Below, in pieces: positions 23,093-27,608 of a stretch of 27,608 nt of DNA. Below the pieces are notes generated by a model that saw only the letters and a list, made by a program, of their open reading frames with translations, ran no database searches and was not told where the DNA came from. The stretch is from Tubiluchus corallicola (Eukaryota > Animalia > Priapulida): contig JAQGDQ010001729.1 in NCBI GenBank assembly GCA_030141605.1, positions 1 through 27,608 on the forward strand, in the 5' to 3' direction. Every line of letters starts with the position of its first letter. The first letter of the stretch is position 1. The position numbers and the translations under genes are program-made.

Positions 23093-23727
23093 CATACTGC
23101 ATAAGGTTTCCCACGTTAAAAGGATTACATAATAATAAAATCTGTTCTTCCATTCTACAATTATTGCTGATTATAATAAATATTAAAACGTTTGTGATCA
23201 CTGTAACCTCTAAGTGTGTGTTCTCCATTTGTTAATAATACATACTGCATAAGGTTTCCCACGTTAAAAGGATTACATAATAATAAAATCTATTCTTCCA
23301 TTCTACAATTATTGCTGATTATAATAAATATTAAAACGTTTGTGATCACTGTAACCTCTAAGTGTGTGTTCTCCATTTGTTAATATTACATACTGCATAA
23401 GGTTTCCCACGTTAAAAGGATTACATAATAATAAAATCTATTCTTCCATTCTACAATTATTGCTGATTATAATAAATATTAAAACGTTTGTGATCACTGT
23501 AACCTCTAAGTGTGTGTTCTCCATTTGTTAATATTACATACTGCATAAGGTTTCCCACGTTAAAAGGATTACATAATAATAAAATCTATTCTTCCATTCT
23601 ACAATTATTGCTGATTATAATAAATATTAAAACGTTTGTGATCACTGTAACCTCTAAGTGTGTGTTCTCCATTTGTTAATAATACATACTGCATAAGGTT
23701 TCCCTGGTTTAAAGGATTACATAATAG
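23093..23727. repeat. 148-bp tandem array, about 4.3 near-identical copies
   Basis: catactgcataaggtttccc at 23093, 23241, 23389, 23537 and 23685. Confidence 0.97.
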
Positions 23728-24199
23728 TAGCTGTTGATTATAAACTCAGTAGGAGAGATGATTTAGTGGAGCGATGATCCACTTAAAAAGAGAACCCCTC
23801 ATTGTTTGGGCAGCTTTTCCGCGTTGAGATTTGGAAGTTGATAAGTTTAACTTGTTCACTGACTCGTGAAAATGATTGCTATGCTGGGTAAAGATCTCAC
23901 AGCTTTAGGCTCTTGAGTTTATAGATAGTTTAGACTGCACAGAGCCAAGTATTTGCTCACAAGTAGATTTGTAATTAAAGGTGCTTACCTATTTGGGTTT
24001 TTAAAGCACAAGAAAACCTCCTACTTACGTAAAGCTTAAAAAGGGTGTCTCAAAATTTTCTACCACTTACATACTACCTTTTCGATGGCTTGCATCGGCC
24101 ATAATGCTGTCTAAAATGTGTAAATTTAAACTCCTAAAATGTCTAAATCTAAAAGCGAGGTCCAGCAAAGCCAGATAAAAATGTTCTCACCACCTGATG

Positions 24200-24330
24200 C
24201 TGCATAGCTATCCCAGTGTGCACCACTGATTCACCAAAAACACATCCCAGCGTGCACCACTGATTCACCAAAAACACATTATAGATCTTACTGACAGTAC
24301 AAAGTAATGCAAATGCTCTGATTATTTTAT
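24200..24330 (+). repeat. Dispersed repeat (inverted partner of 11165-11255) with internal 34-bp tandem duplication
   Basis: atcccagYgtgcaccactgattcaccaaaaacac x2 at about 24210-24277. Confidence 0.8.
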
Positions 24331-24978
24331 ACCGCTTACTCATTGACTTTTTGCATACAGGACTTGCGTCGACAATAACGCTGTATAAAACCTGTACATT
24401 TAATCTCCAGCGATGACCATTAGGCGCAGCCGTTCTCACAATAAATCATTTGAAACATTCCATCTAAACATAATGAAGAATTATACCAAAAAATTTCAAT
24501 AAACAAAAGATCAATTATAATTTAGCAGTTTTGCACTACAGCGTTGTAGTAATTTATAACTAATTAACGATTTAACTAACTAATTTTTAAACTAATTAAA
24601 GAATCAACTTTACTTTATTAGACCCAAATCATGAGCAATTCTGGACACACGACGACAATATCTTGTTAACTCTTTATAACACGTGTTGAGATAATAAAAT
24701 TCGGTTGACCACTGAACCCAGATCACACTGACCATGTGACCATGAACCCTTGACCATGTGATTAGGCCTAAAGTCGCCACAATGTAAAGAAAGCTGAGTT
24801 CAAGAGGAGGAAAATATGCCAAATATTCGTCACATTACCTCTTTTACAATAGTTGTAATAGATTTTTACAATTTCTTGTTCTATTAGCTCTACACCTCTT
24901 GTAATAATGTTTTATATTTGACATGATCAGATCAGTGGGCTGTTGTTTATTGTTTGTTTGTTTGTTTATTTATTTTAG

Positions 24979-25104
24979 GGCAAGAAAAGGCCTATCATTG
25001 CAACACTGAAGTTAATCTGTGTTATTCAAGTCCCTGTAAGAACAATGGTACCTGTGTGAGGAAAGAAGGGGGATACACCTGTCTGTGTCTACCTGGATTC
25101 TCAG
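24979..25104 (+). CDS. CELSR: Next CELSR/Flamingo exon: end of EGF-like 1 and EGF-like domain 2 (missed by the ORF track)
   Basis: Acceptor tttatttattttag ends at 24978 and donor CAG|GTAAGT starts at 25105; 126 nt, phase 1-1. Translates (G)QEKAYHCNTEVNLCYSSPCKNNGTCVRKEGGYTCLCLPGFS(G), in frame with the previous exon and matching the Flamingo CxTEVxLCYSxPC...EGGYTC pattern. Confidence 0.96.
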
Positions 25105-26290
25105 GTAAGTTTTAATTAGTCTGTTTACTTACCTGTTTTTACCTGGATTTTCAGTTAAGTTTTAATTAGTCTGGTTACTTACCTGTCTTTACCTGGATTC
25201 TCAGTTAAGTTTTAATTAGTCTGTTTACTTACCTGTCTTTACCTGGATTCTCAGTTAAGTTTTAATTAGTCTGTTTACTTACCTGTTTTTACCTGGATTC
25301 TCAGTTAAGTTTTAATTAGTCTGTTTACTTACCTCTTTTTACCTGGATTCTCAGTTAAGTTTTAATTAGTCTGTTTACTTACCTGTTTTTACCTGGATTC
25401 TCAGTTAAGTTTTAATTAGTCTGTTTACTTACCTGTTTTTACCTGGATTCTCAGTTAAGTTTTAATTAGTCTGTTTACTTACCTGTTTTTACCTGGATTC
25501 TCAGTTAAGTTTTAATTAGTCTGTTTACTTACCTGTTTTACCTGGATTCTCAGTTAAGTTTTAATTAGTCTGTTTACTTACCTGTTTTTACCTGGATTCT
25601 CAGTTAAGTTTTAATTAGTCTGTTTACTTACCTGTTTTTACCTGGATTCTCAGTTAAGTTTTAATTAGTCTGTTTACTTACCTGTTTTACCTGGATTCTC
25701 AGTTAAGTTTTAATTAGTCTGTTTACTTACCTGTTTTTACCTGGATTCTCAGTTAAGTTTTAATTAGTCTGTTTACTTACCTGTTTTTACCTGGATTCTC
25801 AGTTAAGTTTTAATTAGTCTGTTTACTTACCTGTTTTTACCTGGATTCTCAGTTAAGTTTTAATTAGTCTGGTTACTTACCTGTCTTTACCTGGATTCTC
25901 AGTTAAGTTTTAATTAGTCTGGTTACTTACCTGTTTTTACCTGAATTCTCAGTTAAATTTTAATTAGTCTGTTTACTTACCTGTCTTTACCTGGATTTTC
26001 AGTTAAGTTTTAATTAGTCTGGTTACTTACCTGTTTTTACCTGAATTCTCAGTTAAATTTTAATTAGTCTGGTTACTTACCTGTCTTTACCTGGATTCTC
26101 ACTTAAGTTTTAATTAGTCTGGTTACTTACCTGTCTTTACCTGGATTCTCAGTTAAGTTTTAATTAGTCTGGTTACTTACCTGTCTTTACCTGGATTCTC
26201 TGTTAAGTTTTAATTAGTCTGGTTACTTACCTGTCTTTACCTGGATTCTCAGGTAGGTTTTAATTAGTCTGGTTACTTACCTGTCTTTAC
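25090..26290 (+). repeat. 50-bp minisatellite, 24 copies, whose first unit spans the exon/donor junction
   Basis: Unit ACCTGGATTCTCAG[G/T]TAAGTTTTAATTAGTCTGKTTACTTACCTGTYTTT starting at 25091, 25141 ... 26239; two units are 49 bp. Confidence 0.98.
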
Positions 26291-26295
26291 AAGCT

Positions 26296-26692
26296 AGCAG
26301 TTTGTAAGTGAAGCATAGGTCTGGGCTGAAATTAGATCTATGATCTAAGAACCATAGAGCAAGCACTGTACACCTGCCAGCTAGCACAAATAAAGCATAG
26401 GTCTGGGCTGAAATTAGATCTATGGTCTAAGAACCATAGAGCAAGCACTGTATACCTACCGACTGACAACTTGTAAGTGAAGCATAGATCTGGGCTGAAA
26501 TTAGATCTATGGTCTAAGAACCATAGAGCAAGCACTGCACACCTACCGGCTGGCAGTTTGTAAGTGAAGCATATGTCCGGGCTGAAATTAGATCTATGGT
26601 CTAAGAACCATAGAGCAAGCACTGTACACCTACCGGCTGACAACTTGTAAGTGAAGCATAGATCTGGGCTGAAATTAGATCTATGGTCTAAG
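26296..26692. repeat. 87-bp tandem array, about 4.6 copies
   Basis: The aagcata anchor occurs at 26311, 26393, 26480, 26567 and 26654. Confidence 0.95.
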
Positions 26693-26939
26693 GAAATTTA
26701 CTTGAGTGAATTACTGGATTCCCACCCTTGCCACTTAGCTACCATTACTGTAATTGAAACATCAATATAACATGGTGTAATAGCAGCAGTATAGTTACTT
26801 GGTTCAAATCTAAACTGCGTCCTTCTTTACAAGAAGTAAAAAATGTGATTTTTGCAAATTATGGTCGACAAAGTGACAAACTCCTCAAAATGTTTATTTT
26901 AAGAAAACAGAACATTGTTATGTGATGGATCTTATTGGG

Positions 26940-27400
26940 TCGTGATCTTCGTCATCATCATCATCATCGTCATTATCATCATCATCATTATCATCACCAT
27001 CTTCATTGTCATCATCATTATCATCATTGTCGTTGTCGTCGTCATTATCATCATCATCGTCGTCACTTGCATCAGCACCACCAGCACCACAAATATCATC
27101 GTCACTTTCATGACCATCTCCATTATCGTCTTCATCATCATCGTTGTCGTCATCATCATCATCGTCACTGCCATCCACATCATCGTAATCATCACAGCAG
27201 GACATCCTCCTAATCGTCATCGTCAGCATCATCACCTTTTTTGTTCTTTTTTATTTTCTTCTTTGTTATCATTAACATCATCGTTGCCATTTTCATCAAC
27301 CATCGCTAACATCATCGGCATCACTGTCGTCATCGCCATCACTACTGTCAACAACAACACCTCCCATACTCGCCATAATCATCACAGACACAAAATCAAC
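26940..27400. repeat. Degenerate (CAT/CGT)n trinucleotide tract
   Basis: Produces poly-H/I/D/M ORFs in four frames. Confidence 0.93.
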
Positions 27401-27608
27401 AGTATCAGCGTCTAATAAAACTAAATTTAATACGAATCAAACTCACCTAATCTGATCTGATCCTTTTTAATCCGGTTTAATCCATTCCAATATAATTTCT
27501 TTCATTCGTATTTAATTTTAACCCATTTAATTCTAATCCGTTTCTCTGCTACGTGTTTCCCATGCTCAGTCAATCACTTTAAAATACTTCTACCTTCTTA
27601 AACAAACA

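Noticed and set aside
26915-27415. Poly-His, poly-Asp, poly-Ile and poly-Met ORFs
   Set aside because: Degenerate (CAT)n repeat with no splice or domain support.

Overview
AT-rich, repeat-dense animal genomic DNA, most likely a protostome invertebrate (lophotrochozoan is a guess). It is not prokaryotic. The only convincing coding sequence is two internal + strand exons of a Flamingo/Starry night/CELSR atypical cadherin (18421-18948 and 24979-25104). Both are phase 1-1, have canonical AG/GT ends and splice in frame. The rest appears intronic: microsatellites, minisatellites, four arrays with 148-164 bp monomers, a complete hAT-type MITE plus a truncated inverted copy, a TTAA/piggyBac-type MITE, and LINE/SINE/Helitron-like relics. 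Nearly all other listed ORFs are repeat artefacts. The most striking observation is that at BOTH exons the exon-end/splice-donor junction has been tandemly amplified into the downstream intron. This yields chains of GT...CAG mini-intron-like units, CAG|GT candidate recursive splice sites and, at the second exon, about 23 copies of a U1-snRNA-like sequence complementary to the real donor. Everything was read by eye; repeat boundaries are approximate and no searches were run.
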